A stretch of 64,000 nucleotides of DNA from Sulfitobacter sp. GTDB taxonomy: Bacteria; Pseudomonadota; Alphaproteobacteria; Rhodobacterales; Rhodobacteraceae. The notes below the pieces were generated by a model. It searched no databases and was not told the DNA's origin. It was given only the letters and a program-made list of their open reading frames with translations. The position numbers and the translations under genes are program-made. The stretch is taken from contig JAFMGZ010000002.1 of NCBI GenBank assembly GCA_017854855.1, positions 44,768 to 108,767 on the forward strand, written 5' to 3'. Positions 47,913 through 57,583 of this stretch are shown here, one piece after another; the first letter of the stretch is position 1; each line of letters starts with the position of its first letter.

Positions 47913-48844
47913 GCACCCGGCTCCGGCACCCGGCCAGACACCGGCGGCGTGGTGCTGCGCAATGCAATGACCGCCCCCGCCAGCGCGATCAGCACCATGC
48001 CGAACAATCCCAGTGTCGGCACGCTCTGTCCCCAAAGGATCCAGGCCCAAAAGCTGGCAAAGACCAGCAGCGAATATTCGAACACGGCCACATGGCTGGC
48101 CTCACCCAGCAGGTATCCTCTGAAAATCAATGCGATCCCGACCAGCGATCCAACCGCCTGCACCGCGAACCAGAACAGCATCTCCAGATCCAGCGGCCCC
48201 CAGGACCGCAGCACAAAACCCGCATGCCCCATAGGCGCATCGCCCGACACCACGAACATGCCGATCAGGCCAAACACCCCCAGCATCGCAAAGAAACCTG
48301 CCGTCAGGGTCAGCGTGCTTTCGCCCTCGCACCAGGCCCGCGTGGCCACGGCCCCGATCGCATAAAGCAGCCCGGCACAGATCGGCAGGAACGCCACCGG
48401 GTCCAGCGCCGCAGGATCGGGCCGGATCACCATCAACGCCCCGACAAATCCCGCACCAACCGCGCCCCAGCGAAACAGCCCCACGGTCTTGCCCTGAAAC
48501 AGGATTGAAATCAGCACAACGAACAGGGGGGCCGTAAACAGCCCCGCCACGACAACCCCGATGGGCAACACGGACAGACAGCCAAAATAGATCAGCATGG
48601 CACCCGCCTGGAAAAAGCTGCGCCCCAGAACCGCCAAGGGGCGTTTGGCCCGAAAACTGCCATAGCCCAGGCCCACGATGGCAAAAAGCACCGCGAAAGC
48701 CATGATCGACCGGAAAAAGTGAAACTGCCAGAGCGATCCGCGCTCTGAAATGAAGGGGACGAAGTTATCCGTCAGCCCCAGCGCGGCCATGCCCGCCAGA
48801 ACGGATGCCGCCGCGATGCCCGGTTTTATGCTCTCATTGTTCAC
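47909..48844 (-). CDS. DMT-superfamily (EamA-like) transporter
   Basis: About 10 hydrophobic helices in two EamA-like halves. I prefer the GTG at 48844 (312 aa). The track start at 48898 is a TTG that would leave only ~40 bp for the divergent promoter region. Confidence 0.8.
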   Translation of the reverse strand: MNNESIKPGIAAASVLAGMAALGLTDNFVPFISERGSLWQFHFFRSIMAFAVLFAIVGLGYGSFRAKRPLAVLGRSFFQAGAMLIYFGCLSVLPIGVVVAGLFTAPLFVVLISILFQGKTVGLFRWGAVGAGFVGALMVIRPDPAALDPVAFLPICAGLLYAIGAVATRAWCEGESTLTLTAGFFAMLGVFGLIGMFVVSGDAPMGHAGFVLRSWGPLDLEMLFWFAVQAVGSLVGIALIFRGYLLGEASHVAVFEYSLLVFASFWAWILWGQSVPTLGLFGMVLIALAGAVIALRSTTPPVSGRVPEPGA

Positions 48845-48940
48845 GTCTGCGCCCCATATTATGAAAATCACCCTTCCAAAGACGCCGCCGCACCGCAATA
48901 CTCAACCGTCAAAGTGACATCTATTTGCGGAGGATGCGAC

Positions 48941-50569
48941 ATGGGATGGATGGCCGACGAAACGGGTCTGGATAAATGCACGGCCAATTATGTGCCGCTG
49001 ACACCTCTGTCACATCTGCGCCGCGCGGCATCGGTCTTTGCCGGGCACACGGCGGTGATCTACGGCAGTCACAGGGTGACATATGCGCAATATCACGCGC
49101 GCTGCACCCGCCTTGCCTCGGCACTTGCCGCGATGGGCGTGGCCCCGGGGGATGTGGTCGCAACCCTGATCCCAAACCTGCCCGCCCAGGCAGAGGCGCA
49201 TTTTGGCGTGCCCGCCTGCGGGGCGGTTCTGAACACGATCAACACCCGTCTGGATGTCGGCACCGTCGCCTATATCTTTGAGCACGGCGGGGCCAAGGTT
49301 GTGCTGGTCGATACTGAATTCGTCGCATTGGCCGAAGCGGCCTGCGCCGCCATGGAACACACCGGCCCCGCCATTGTCGAAATCCCCGATCCCGGCGCAG
49401 GCCATCCCGCCACCGGCCGCCACCCCACCTATGAGGACCTGCTGGCAGGTGCCGACGAAAGCTTTGACTGGCTGATGCCCCAGGACGAATGGGAAAGCCT
49501 GGCGCTCAACTATACTTCCGGCACCACCGGACGGCCCAAGGGCGTGGTCTATCACCACCGGGGGGCCTATCTGATGACGATGGGCACGGTCATTTCCTGG
49601 CGGATGGTGCTGCATCCGGTGTTCATGCAGATCGTGCCCCTGTTTCACTGCAACGGCTGGAACCACACATGGATGATGCCGCTGATCGGCGGCACGCTGG
49701 TGTGCTGCCGCGACATCACGGCCCCCAATATCTACAACGCCATCGCAGATCAGGGCGTGACCCATTTCGGCGGTGCCCCCATCGTGCTGAACATGCTGGT
49801 CAACGCCCCCGCAGATGAACGCAGGCCCTTTGATCATACGGTCGAGGTGTTCACCGCCGGTGCGCCCCCCGCCCCTGCCACCCTGGCCAAGATCGAACAA
49901 CTGGGGTTCAACGTCACGCAGGTCTACGGGCTGACAGAGACCTACGGCCATGTCACCGAATGTCTGTGGAATGCATCGGACTGGGACGCGCTGGATACGG
50001 CGGCACGGGCCGCGATCAAGGCCCGTCAGGGCGTCGCCATGCCGATGATGGAAGATATCACCGTCACCGACCCCCAGATGCAGCAGGTCACCATGGACGC
50101 AGCCACCCAGGGCGAAATCATGATCCGCGGCAATTCGGTGATGAAAGGTTATTTCAAGAACCCCGCCGCCACCCAAGAGGCCTTTGCGGGGGGCTATTTC
50201 CATTCTGGCGATCTGGCCGTGCAGCACCCTGACGGCTATATCCAGATCGCCGACCGCGCCAAGGACATCATCATCTCGGGGGGTGAAAACATCTCAAGCG
50301 TTGAGATCGAAGGCGTGCTGATGGGGCACCCGGATGTGAACCTTGCCGCCGTCGTGGCCAAACCGGACGATAAATGGGGCGAAGTGCCCTGCGCCTTTGT
50401 CGAACTCAAACCCGGTGCCGCCGAAGACGCAGCCGCCCTGATCGCCTTTACCCGTCAGACGCTGGCAGGGTTCAAAGCGCCCAAACATGTGGTTTTCGTG
50501 GAATTGCCCAAGACCTCGACCGGCAAGATCCAGAAATTCGAACTGCGCAAGATGGCAGCGGTCCTGTGA
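48941..50569 (+). CDS. AMP-forming acyl-CoA synthetase (short/medium-chain, AAE7/ACN1-like)
   Basis: …LNYTSGTTGRPKGV… AMP-binding motif, …YGLTET…, …FHSGDLAV…, …PKTSTGKIQK…. GGAGGA RBS 7 nt before the ATG at 48941. Confidence 0.88.
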   Translation: MGWMADETGLDKCTANYVPLTPLSHLRRAASVFAGHTAVIYGSHRVTYAQYHARCTRLASALAAMGVAPGDVVATLIPNLPAQAEAHFGVPACGAVLNTINTRLDVGTVAYIFEHGGAKVVLVDTEFVALAEAACAAMEHTGPAIVEIPDPGAGHPATGRHPTYEDLLAGADESFDWLMPQDEWESLALNYTSGTTGRPKGVVYHHRGAYLMTMGTVISWRMVLHPVFMQIVPLFHCNGWNHTWMMPLIGGTLVCCRDITAPNIYNAIADQGVTHFGGAPIVLNMLVNAPADERRPFDHTVEVFTAGAPPAPATLAKIEQLGFNVTQVYGLTETYGHVTECLWNASDWDALDTAARAAIKARQGVAMPMMEDITVTDPQMQQVTMDAATQGEIMIRGNSVMKGYFKNPAATQEAFAGGYFHSGDLAVQHPDGYIQIADRAKDIIISGGENISSVEIEGVLMGHPDVNLAAVVAKPDDKWGEVPCAFVELKPGAAEDAAALIAFTRQTLAGFKAPKHVVFVELPKTSTGKIQKFELRKMAAVL

Positions 50570-51037
50570 TCAGCGCAGGTCTTTTTCATAACGCCATATG
50601 GTGACAATCTGCGGGCCGGCGGCAGTTTCCGCCTCATAGGACTGCGTCCCCCGGCGCTGCCAGCCGGCCTTTTCATAAAACCGCGCCGCCCTGGCATTGC
50701 CTTCAGAACAGGCCAGCCACGCCAGTTTCCCGGCCAAAGCCGCCTCTGCCTGTGCCATCAGGGCTGCGGCCACGCCCTGCCCCTGGAATGCGGCAGCCAC
50801 GTAGAACTGATACACCTCATCCCCCTCCAGCATATAAAATCCGGCAATCTGGCCATCGCGGCGCAGCACATGGGTTTGCGGCAAATGACGGCGGCTGCGC
50901 TCCTGAAATTCGCTGAAAACCCGCGTGGCCACCAAAGCGGCAGGCGCAAAATCCCCATGCCCCTGATGCCAGCCCTTGTGCCATAGCGCCGCAATGGCCT
51001 CGATGTCCGCTTCGCTTGCCGGTTCTGTCTGCATCAT
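50570..51037 (-). CDS. GNAT-family N-acetyltransferase
   Basis: …YVAAAFQGQGVAAALM… (acetyl-CoA-binding Q/R-x-x-G-x-G/A motif). ~155 aa from the ATG at 51037. Confidence 0.8.
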   Translation of the reverse strand: MMQTEPASEADIEAIAALWHKGWHQGHGDFAPAALVATRVFSEFQERSRRHLPQTHVLRRDGQIAGFYMLEGDEVYQFYVAAAFQGQGVAAALMAQAEAALAGKLAWLACSEGNARAARFYEKAGWQRRGTQSYEAETAAGPQIVTIWRYEKDLR

Positions 51038-51121
51038 GGGTCCTCTTGCCTTATGGGCCATTGCCCCGACAGGGTTGAGTGATAAACTAGCCGCAAAACA
51101 GCAGACAGGCCAGCACACCCC

Positions 51122-52135
51122 ATGACCGCGCTCAAGAAATACGCCCGGATCGAGGCGACGGCCCTATGGCGCGCGACGCCAGACGACCAAAGGCGCGACG
51201 TCATCGTATCCATCGGTGATGCAACACTGGTGATCAGTGACCTCAAGGACCAGCCCCTGGCCCATTGGTCGCTCGCGGCTGTTGAACGTGCCAATCCCGG
51301 CAAGATGCCCGCGATCTTTCACCCCGATGGCGACCCCGGTGAAACCATTGAACTGCCCGCCAATGAACCAGAGATGATAGAGGCCATCGAGACCCTGCGC
51401 ATCGCCATCGAAAAATCCCGGCCCCGCCCGGGCCGCCTGCGCCTTTTCGGCATGTCCCTGTCGGTACTCGTGGTGGGATGGCTCGCTGTTTTCTGGCTGC
51501 CCGGTGCGCTACAGGATCACACATTGACGGTTGTCCCCCAGGCCAAACGCGACGCGATCGGCAATGCCTTGCTGGAACGGATCGAACGGGTCTCTGGCCC
51601 GGTCTGCCGCGATGCGGCGGGGCTGACCGCGCTGGCGCTGCTGTCATCGCGCCTGCAATCAGGCCCGCTGGCGATCTTGCCCGACATGACCGTACCCAGC
51701 CTGCATCTGCCCGGCGGTCTGATCGTGCTTGACCGCAGCGTGATCGAGGATTTCGAAGAACCCGATATCGCCGCAGGCTACGTGGTCACCGAACAGACCC
51801 GCCGCGACGCCTCCGATCCGCTGCGTGATCTGTTGCAGGTGGTCAGCCTGCGTGAAAACTTCCGACTGCTCACCACCGGCGAATTGTCCCCCGACGCGCT
51901 GGACAATTATGCGCAACACCTGATGACCACCCCCGCCATGGCCCCCGATCTTGGGGCCCAGATTGCCCGCTTTGCCGCCATCTCCCTGCGCAGCACGCCC
52001 TATGCCTATGCCTCTGACATCACCGGCGAAACGACACTGGCGCTGATCGAAGGCGATCCGATGAACGGCAAACTGACAGAACCCCTGCTCTCGGATGCCA
52101 ACTGGTTGCGGCTTCAGGCGATCTGCGGCGGCTAG
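51122..52135 (+). CDS. conserved hypothetical membrane protein (337 aa)
   Basis: Soluble N-terminal ~100 aa, one clear TM helix (LRLFGMSLSVLVVGWLAVFWLPG), then a ~200-aa extracytoplasmic domain. Lies 3 nt upstream of the SGNH hydrolase gene. Confidence 0.6.
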   Translation: MTALKKYARIEATALWRATPDDQRRDVIVSIGDATLVISDLKDQPLAHWSLAAVERANPGKMPAIFHPDGDPGETIELPANEPEMIEAIETLRIAIEKSRPRPGRLRLFGMSLSVLVVGWLAVFWLPGALQDHTLTVVPQAKRDAIGNALLERIERVSGPVCRDAAGLTALALLSSRLQSGPLAILPDMTVPSLHLPGGLIVLDRSVIEDFEEPDIAAGYVVTEQTRRDASDPLRDLLQVVSLRENFRLLTTGELSPDALDNYAQHLMTTPAMAPDLGAQIARFAAISLRSTPYAYASDITGETTLALIEGDPMNGKLTEPLLSDANWLRLQAICGG

Positions 52136-52138
52136 ACC

Positions 52139-52855
52139 ATGCTGGATACCTGCACAAGGATCGCGCTGTCCCCCCTGCTGACCTATCAAGCACTACGCGT
52201 GCGCCGCACCGCCCAAAGCCTGCCCGAAGCCAGGGGGCCCCGCAGCGGCACCTTCGGCACCGGACCCGCCCTGCGGCTTGCCATCATCGGCGACAGCTCT
52301 GCGGCGGGTGTGGGCGTCGATCACCAGTCGCAGGCCCTTGCCGGCCAATTGACAGATCTGCTCGGCGTGCAGTTCGACGTCAGCTGGCATCTGGACGCCC
52401 TCACCGGCGCAACCACGCGCAGCACCCTGCACCGCCTGGCACAGGCCCAGCCCAAACCACTGGACGTGATCGTGACCGCCCTTGGCACCAATGATGTGAC
52501 CCGCCTGATCCCGGCGCGCCTGTGGCGGCACCAACACCGCGCCCTGCTCGACCGGTTGCGTGATCTGTACCAGCCAAGGCACATCTATCTGGCAGGCTTT
52601 CCCCCGATAGACCGCTTTCCGCTGCTGCCCGAACCGCTGCGCTGGACCCTTGGCCGCCACGCCCGCAAGCTCGAATCCCAGCTGCTGGCCGATGTCCACG
52701 GCCGCTGCGACATCACCTATGTTCCCTTTGATCTGGACCCTGACCCGGCCCTCATGGCCCCGGACGGCTTTCACCCCTCCGCCCGGCTGTACCACCTCTG
52801 GGCCAAAGAAATGGCCAGCCGGATCATCTCCGACTGGCCATCCTATCCGTCATAA
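52139..52855 (+). CDS. SGNH/GDSL-family hydrolase
   Basis: Block I …LAIIGDSSAAGVG…, block III …GTNDV…, block V …DGFHPS…. Confidence 0.8.
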   Translation: MLDTCTRIALSPLLTYQALRVRRTAQSLPEARGPRSGTFGTGPALRLAIIGDSSAAGVGVDHQSQALAGQLTDLLGVQFDVSWHLDALTGATTRSTLHRLAQAQPKPLDVIVTALGTNDVTRLIPARLWRHQHRALLDRLRDLYQPRHIYLAGFPPIDRFPLLPEPLRWTLGRHARKLESQLLADVHGRCDITYVPFDLDPDPALMAPDGFHPSARLYHLWAKEMASRIISDWPSYPS

Positions 52856-52864
52856 GATCACGCT

Positions 52865-54202
52865 TTAGCGTGCAAAGGCATCCCGGTATCCGGCACCGCG
52901 CAGCCGGTTCATGGCGTCCTGCATGGCCTGCGCCCCGCCAAAGGGTCCGGCCTGAACGCTCATATAGCGCTGGCCCGATTTGCGATGCGTCCCGATCCGC
53001 GCAGGCATGCCCATCCGGGCGATGTTCTGCGCGGCGCGCTGCGCGTTGCCCGCATCACGAAAAGTACCGATCTGAACATAACGTTTGCCTGAATACGCAG
53101 CCTCTGGTGCCGCGATCTGCTGCGGTACCGACCGGCTGGAATAGACGGGCGCGCGCACCAGCGGTGCGGCACCTGCGTTGCGCCTGATCCGCTTTACCGT
53201 CTGCCCGCCACGCTGCATCAAGGTGACCTCACCCAATTCGCGCTGCTGTTGCGTGACGTCCGTATAGGGATAGACCAACGGCACAGAGGCCGTCACATCG
53301 CGACCTGAGCGCGGATCAACCAGACGCCGCGGCAGCGTCTGCGTCCAGACCAAACTCATCTGCGCCCGACCCGCCAATGTCTGTTCCGCCCGCTTTGGGT
53401 TCAGCCTGTCATCTTCCCAAACCGCCCGGTACCCCTCGGGGATGGATACGACATCCGGCGTGCGGCGGTTCTCTGCCACATGTTTGGGCACGATCCGCGT
53501 GGTCGAAGAAACCCCGTTGCCATAGCCGGCACCAGATCCTGCATAGGGCTGAACGGCCGTCCCCTGACCATAAACGGTCCCTGTAGGGACCGGCGCATAA
53601 GCCGCAACCTGCGACGACCCGACAATCGGCGCGGCCTGCGGACCACAGCGCACACCTGAGCCGCGCAAATATTGCTGCGAAATGGCAGAAGCACCGGCGC
53701 AGGCGATGGCACCCTGACCGGGCACAGCAGTGCTGCGCACCTGGATAGAAGGCGCAACCATGGTGGGTTTGATGATCACGGGCTGGGGGGCCGTCTGACG
53801 CACGACCACTGGTGCCGCCGCACGGCGGGGCGCTGCAACAGAAGCTGTGCGCTGCGGCGCAGGTGCCGCCGCAGGGGCCGTGTCCAATGTGATCTGCACC
53901 GGCGCAGCCCCCGTGCCCGCGGCAGGGGCCGACGCGGCCATCAGTTCGGTATTGGTCGGCCTGAACCCGCAAACGGTCTTTCTGTCGCGCGACACGCGCG
54001 GCACCCAGGACACATTGCCGTCAATGCCCGCACGGATGAACACGCAGCCCTTGCTGTCCACATATTGCTTGCCCTTGAAAGAAGCTGCCGGAAACTCTGC
54101 CGGCTGCTGCTCTCGAATTTGCGCCTGCGCGACGCCCGGCGCAAAAGCGAGCCCGAACCCACCCGCAACAGCCAACATGGCTAGTATTCTTGAAACTTTC
54201 AT
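52865..54202 (-). CDS. SPOR-domain (peptidoglycan-binding) protein
   Basis: Signal peptide (MKVSRILAMLAVAGGFGLAFAPGVAQA). Ala/Pro-rich linker. C-terminal …YVQIGTFRDAGNAQRAAQNIARMGMPARI…VQAGPFGGAQAMQDAMNRLRGAGYRDAF SPOR fold pattern. Confidence 0.8.
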   Translation of the reverse strand: MKVSRILAMLAVAGGFGLAFAPGVAQAQIREQQPAEFPAASFKGKQYVDSKGCVFIRAGIDGNVSWVPRVSRDRKTVCGFRPTNTELMAASAPAAGTGAAPVQITLDTAPAAAPAPQRTASVAAPRRAAAPVVVRQTAPQPVIIKPTMVAPSIQVRSTAVPGQGAIACAGASAISQQYLRGSGVRCGPQAAPIVGSSQVAAYAPVPTGTVYGQGTAVQPYAGSGAGYGNGVSSTTRIVPKHVAENRRTPDVVSIPEGYRAVWEDDRLNPKRAEQTLAGRAQMSLVWTQTLPRRLVDPRSGRDVTASVPLVYPYTDVTQQQRELGEVTLMQRGGQTVKRIRRNAGAAPLVRAPVYSSRSVPQQIAAPEAAYSGKRYVQIGTFRDAGNAQRAAQNIARMGMPARIGTHRKSGQRYMSVQAGPFGGAQAMQDAMNRLRGAGYRDAFAR

Positions 54203-54293
54203 CTCATGCCCCCACACAACATGTAGCCCAAGATGCCTCAGACAGCACAACAAGTCTAGCGCTCACAGCGCCGATCCGGGCTCTTTCAGCGGT

Positions 54294-54935
54294 TTATTTC
54301 GTTCCAAACATCCGGTCCCCGGCATCACCCAGCCCGGGCACGATATATCCATGCTCGTTCAGCGCCTCATCCACGGCCGCCGTGATGATCGGCACGTCAG
54401 GATGGGCATCCTTCATCCGCGCGATCCCCTCGGGTGCCGCCAGCAGACACAGGAACCGAATGTTGGTGGCTCCCGCTTCCTTCAACAGATCAATCGCCGC
54501 CACCGACGAATTGCCCGTGGCCAGCATCGGATCCACGGCGATGACCACCCGGTCCTCCAGCGCCTCGGGCACCTTGAAATAATATTGCACGGGCCTCAGC
54601 GTCGCCTCATCCCGGTACAACCCGATGAAACCAACCCGCGCCGAAGGGATCAACTCCAATACCCCGTCCAGCAAACCGTTGCCCGCCCGCAGGATAGAGA
54701 TCAACGCCAGTTTCTTGCCCGCCAGCGTCGGCGCATCCATCTGCTGCATCGGCGTCTCGATCCGCTTGGTGGTCATCGGCAAACCGCGCGTGACCTCATA
54801 GGCCAAAAGCTGCGAAATCTCGCGTAACAACTGCCGGAACACCGCCGTCGGCGTGTCCTTGTCGCGCATGATGGTCAGCTTGTGCTGCACAAGAGGGTGA
54901 TCGACGCGTGTCAAATGGTCATCGGATTGGGTCAT
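54294..54935 (-). CDS. upp: uracil phosphoribosyltransferase
   Basis: …[13 protein letters not shown]…, …ILRAGNG…, PRPP loop …[13 protein letters not shown]…, C-terminal …[25 protein letters not shown]. Confidence 0.92.
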   Translation of the reverse strand: MTQSDDHLTRVDHPLVQHKLTIMRDKDTPTAVFRQLLREISQLLAYEVTRGLPMTTKRIETPMQQMDAPTLAGKKLALISILRAGNGLLDGVLELIPSARVGFIGLYRDEATLRPVQYYFKVPEALEDRVVIAVDPMLATGNSSVAAIDLLKEAGATNIRFLCLLAAPEGIARMKDAHPDVPIITAAVDEALNEHGYIVPGLGDAGDRMFGTK

Positions 54936-54995
54936 GGCAGCAGCTCCTGTATTTCTCATTTCTTGTCGCGCGAAACGCGCCCTACCGCAAGCGGC

Positions 54996-55027
54996 CCTCT
55001 CCTCTTTTTGGCCCAAAGCACCTCGGG
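54996..55027 (-). repeat. intergenic repeat family copy d: CCTCTCCTCTTTTTGGCCCAAAGCACCTCGGG
   Basis: Lies between the deoB stop and the upp start. Followed by the GC hairpins GGCCC-AAG-GGGCC (55034-55046) and GGGGGC-AGC-GCCCCC (55050-55064). Confidence 0.75.
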
Positions 55028-55073
55028 GGAGACGGCCCAAGGGGCCGGCGGGGGCAGCGCCCCCTGCGCCCGT

Positions 55074-56276
55074 TCACCCGCGCGACACGCCCAGATGCCG
55101 CGCCACCAGGGCCGCCACATCCGTGAAACCGATCTGCCCCATCGGCCCTGTCCGCCTGCCCGCCACCAGCACGGGCACCTGCTCGCGGGTGTGATCCGTA
55201 CCCCGCCAGGTTGGATCATTGCCATGATCCGCCGTCAGCACCATCATGTCACCGGGCCGCAGCGCGGCAATGATCGGGCCAATCGCCCGGTCAAACCACT
55301 CCAGCGCCCGCGCATAGCCTGCCACATCGCGACGATGGCCGTACAGACTGTCAAACTCCACGAAATTCGCAAAAACCAATGCCCCCTCTTCGGCCTCGGC
55401 CACCAGCTCACCCAGGTGCCGCATCAGCGTCGCATCATCGCCCTTGCGCAGCTCATCAATTCCCTGCATCGAAAAGATATCCCCAATCTTTCCAACTGCA
55501 TACACCCTTTGCCCCGCGTCCTGCACCCAATTGGTCAAAACCGGGGCCGGTGGCATGATCGCAAAGTCGCGCCGATGGGCGGTGCGTGTGAAACCCGATG
55601 TGGCATCCCCCACAAAGGGGCGCGCAATCACCCGGCCCACCTTCATCTCATGCAGGCGCGGGGCCACCGCCTCGCATAGCGCCAGCAGCCGCTCCAGACC
55701 AAAGCTCTGCTCATGCGCCGCGATCTGAAACACGCTGTCGGCGGAGGTATAGCAAATCGGCCAGCCAGTCTGCATGTGCCGCGCCCCCAATTCCGCAAGG
55801 ATCGCCGTGCCCGAGGCATGACAATCGCCCAGGATGCCCGGGGTGCCCGCCGCATCTGCCACGAATTTCGACAGCTCCGGCGGAAAGGCAGGCCGCGCAT
55901 CGGGGAAATAATGCCACTCCCACGGCACTGGCAAACCGGCCAGTTCCCAATGCCCCGACGGCGTATCCTTGCCCCGCGAGGTTTCGCATGCGGCCCCGAA
56001 TGAGGCCGTGGATGACACTGCACTGCCCGCGTCCAGGCCCGCCACCTCCAGCCCGCTGGCCAGTTTCAGCGCGGCACCCAGCCCCAGGGCCTCCAGCTGC
56101 GGCAGATGCAAGGGGCCGCGGCGGCCCGTGTCGCATTGCCCCTGCGCGCAGGCCTGCGCAATATGGCCCAGCGTATTGGCCCCGGTATCAGGCAGCGTGC
56201 CGTTAAAGAACTGATCCGCATCCGGTGCCCCGCCGATACCCACGGAATCCATGACAACCAGAAAGGCACGCGCCAT
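55074..56276 (-). CDS. deoB: phosphopentomutase
   Basis: MARAFLVVMDSVGIGG…, …FVEFDSLYGHRRD…, …LTADHGNDPT…. Confidence 0.92.
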   Translation of the reverse strand: MARAFLVVMDSVGIGGAPDADQFFNGTLPDTGANTLGHIAQACAQGQCDTGRRGPLHLPQLEALGLGAALKLASGLEVAGLDAGSAVSSTASFGAACETSRGKDTPSGHWELAGLPVPWEWHYFPDARPAFPPELSKFVADAAGTPGILGDCHASGTAILAELGARHMQTGWPICYTSADSVFQIAAHEQSFGLERLLALCEAVAPRLHEMKVGRVIARPFVGDATSGFTRTAHRRDFAIMPPAPVLTNWVQDAGQRVYAVGKIGDIFSMQGIDELRKGDDATLMRHLGELVAEAEEGALVFANFVEFDSLYGHRRDVAGYARALEWFDRAIGPIIAALRPGDMMVLTADHGNDPTWRGTDHTREQVPVLVAGRRTGPMGQIGFTDVAALVARHLGVSRG

Positions 56277-57580
56277 CAGCCCACCCGCTCGGCGATCAGG
56301 TCAGGCACGCGCGGCCGCGACCCGCTCAGCGTGATCGCCGCCAAAACCGCGCGCACAGCCTGCTCTGCCTGATCGGACCGCGCCGCATGCACCACGCCAA
56401 GCGTTTGCCCCTTGGACACTTTGACACCCAGACGCACGACATCTGACAGCCCCACAGCCGGGTTTACCAGATCACGTTCCACCACCCGGCCACCGCCCAG
56501 CCCCACAACCGCAAGGCCCAGCGCCTCACCGTCAATCTTGGCGACATATCCGCTCTGCGGCGCGGAAACCTCGCGGATCACCGTCGCTTCGGGCAGGAAA
56601 CGCGCCCAGTTCTCCACAAACCCCACAGGACCGCCCAGCGCAGACAGCATCCGGCCCAGCCGCTCGGCCGCATAACCCTTGCGGATCGCGTGAACGATGG
56701 CATCGGCCCCCTCCTGAACATCGCGCGCCAGCCCGGAATTGGCCAGCAACACCCCGCCAAGGGCCGCCGCCACATCGACGATCGGCCCGCGCCCCTTGCC
56801 CGTCAGAATGCGCATGACCTCCGCCACCTCCAGCGCATTGCCAAGGCTGGGCACCAAAGGCTGGCTCATATCGCTGATCACCGCCGTGGTCCGGCATTTC
56901 GCGGCATTCGCCGTCTTGGTCAGCGCCTCGGCCAGGGCCTGCCCCTCCTTGAGGGTTTTCATAAAGGCACCGCTGCCGATCTTGACGTCCAGCACCAGAC
57001 CATCAAGCCCCGCCGCCAGTTTCTTGGACAGGATCGACGCGGTGATCAGGTCCAGTGAATCCACCGTAGACGACACATCGCGCACGGCATAAAGCCGGCG
57101 ATCCGCAGGCGCGATATCGGCCGTGGCCCCCACGATGGCACAGCCCACCTGCGTCACGATCCCCTTGAAACGGGCCTCCGACAGCTGCGTCGATACGCCC
57201 GGAATCGCCTCCAGCTTGTCCAGCGTCCCGCCGGTATGACCCAGCCCACGGCCCGAAATCATCGGCACATAGGCCCCGCAAGCGGCAAGCGCGGGGGCCA
57301 GCACGAGGCTCACGCAATCGCCCACACCGCCTGTCGAATGTTTGTCCAGAACCGGACCATCCAACTGCCACGACAGCACCCGCCCCGAATCCCGCATCGC
57401 CAGCGTCAGGGCCACCCGGCCCACATCACTCAGCCCGTTCAGACAGACCCCCATGGCAAAGGCACCCGCCTGCGCATCACTGACCGACCCATCGGCCAGC
57501 GCCTGCGCCATCCAGGTCAATTCCTCCCGCGTTGGGGTCTTGCGATGCCGCAGCTTTGCCAGAATGGCGCGGGCGTTCAT
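56276..57580 (-). CDS. deoA: thymidine phosphorylase
   Basis: …DKHSTGGVGD…, …SGRGLGHTGGTLDKLE…. Confidence 0.92.
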   Translation of the reverse strand: MNARAILAKLRHRKTPTREELTWMAQALADGSVSDAQAGAFAMGVCLNGLSDVGRVALTLAMRDSGRVLSWQLDGPVLDKHSTGGVGDCVSLVLAPALAACGAYVPMISGRGLGHTGGTLDKLEAIPGVSTQLSEARFKGIVTQVGCAIVGATADIAPADRRLYAVRDVSSTVDSLDLITASILSKKLAAGLDGLVLDVKIGSGAFMKTLKEGQALAEALTKTANAAKCRTTAVISDMSQPLVPSLGNALEVAEVMRILTGKGRGPIVDVAAALGGVLLANSGLARDVQEGADAIVHAIRKGYAAERLGRMLSALGGPVGFVENWARFLPEATVIREVSAPQSGYVAKIDGEALGLAVVGLGGGRVVERDLVNPAVGLSDVVRLGVKVSKGQTLGVVHAARSDQAEQAVRAVLAAITLSGSRPRVPDLIAERVG

Positions 57581-57583
57581 CTG

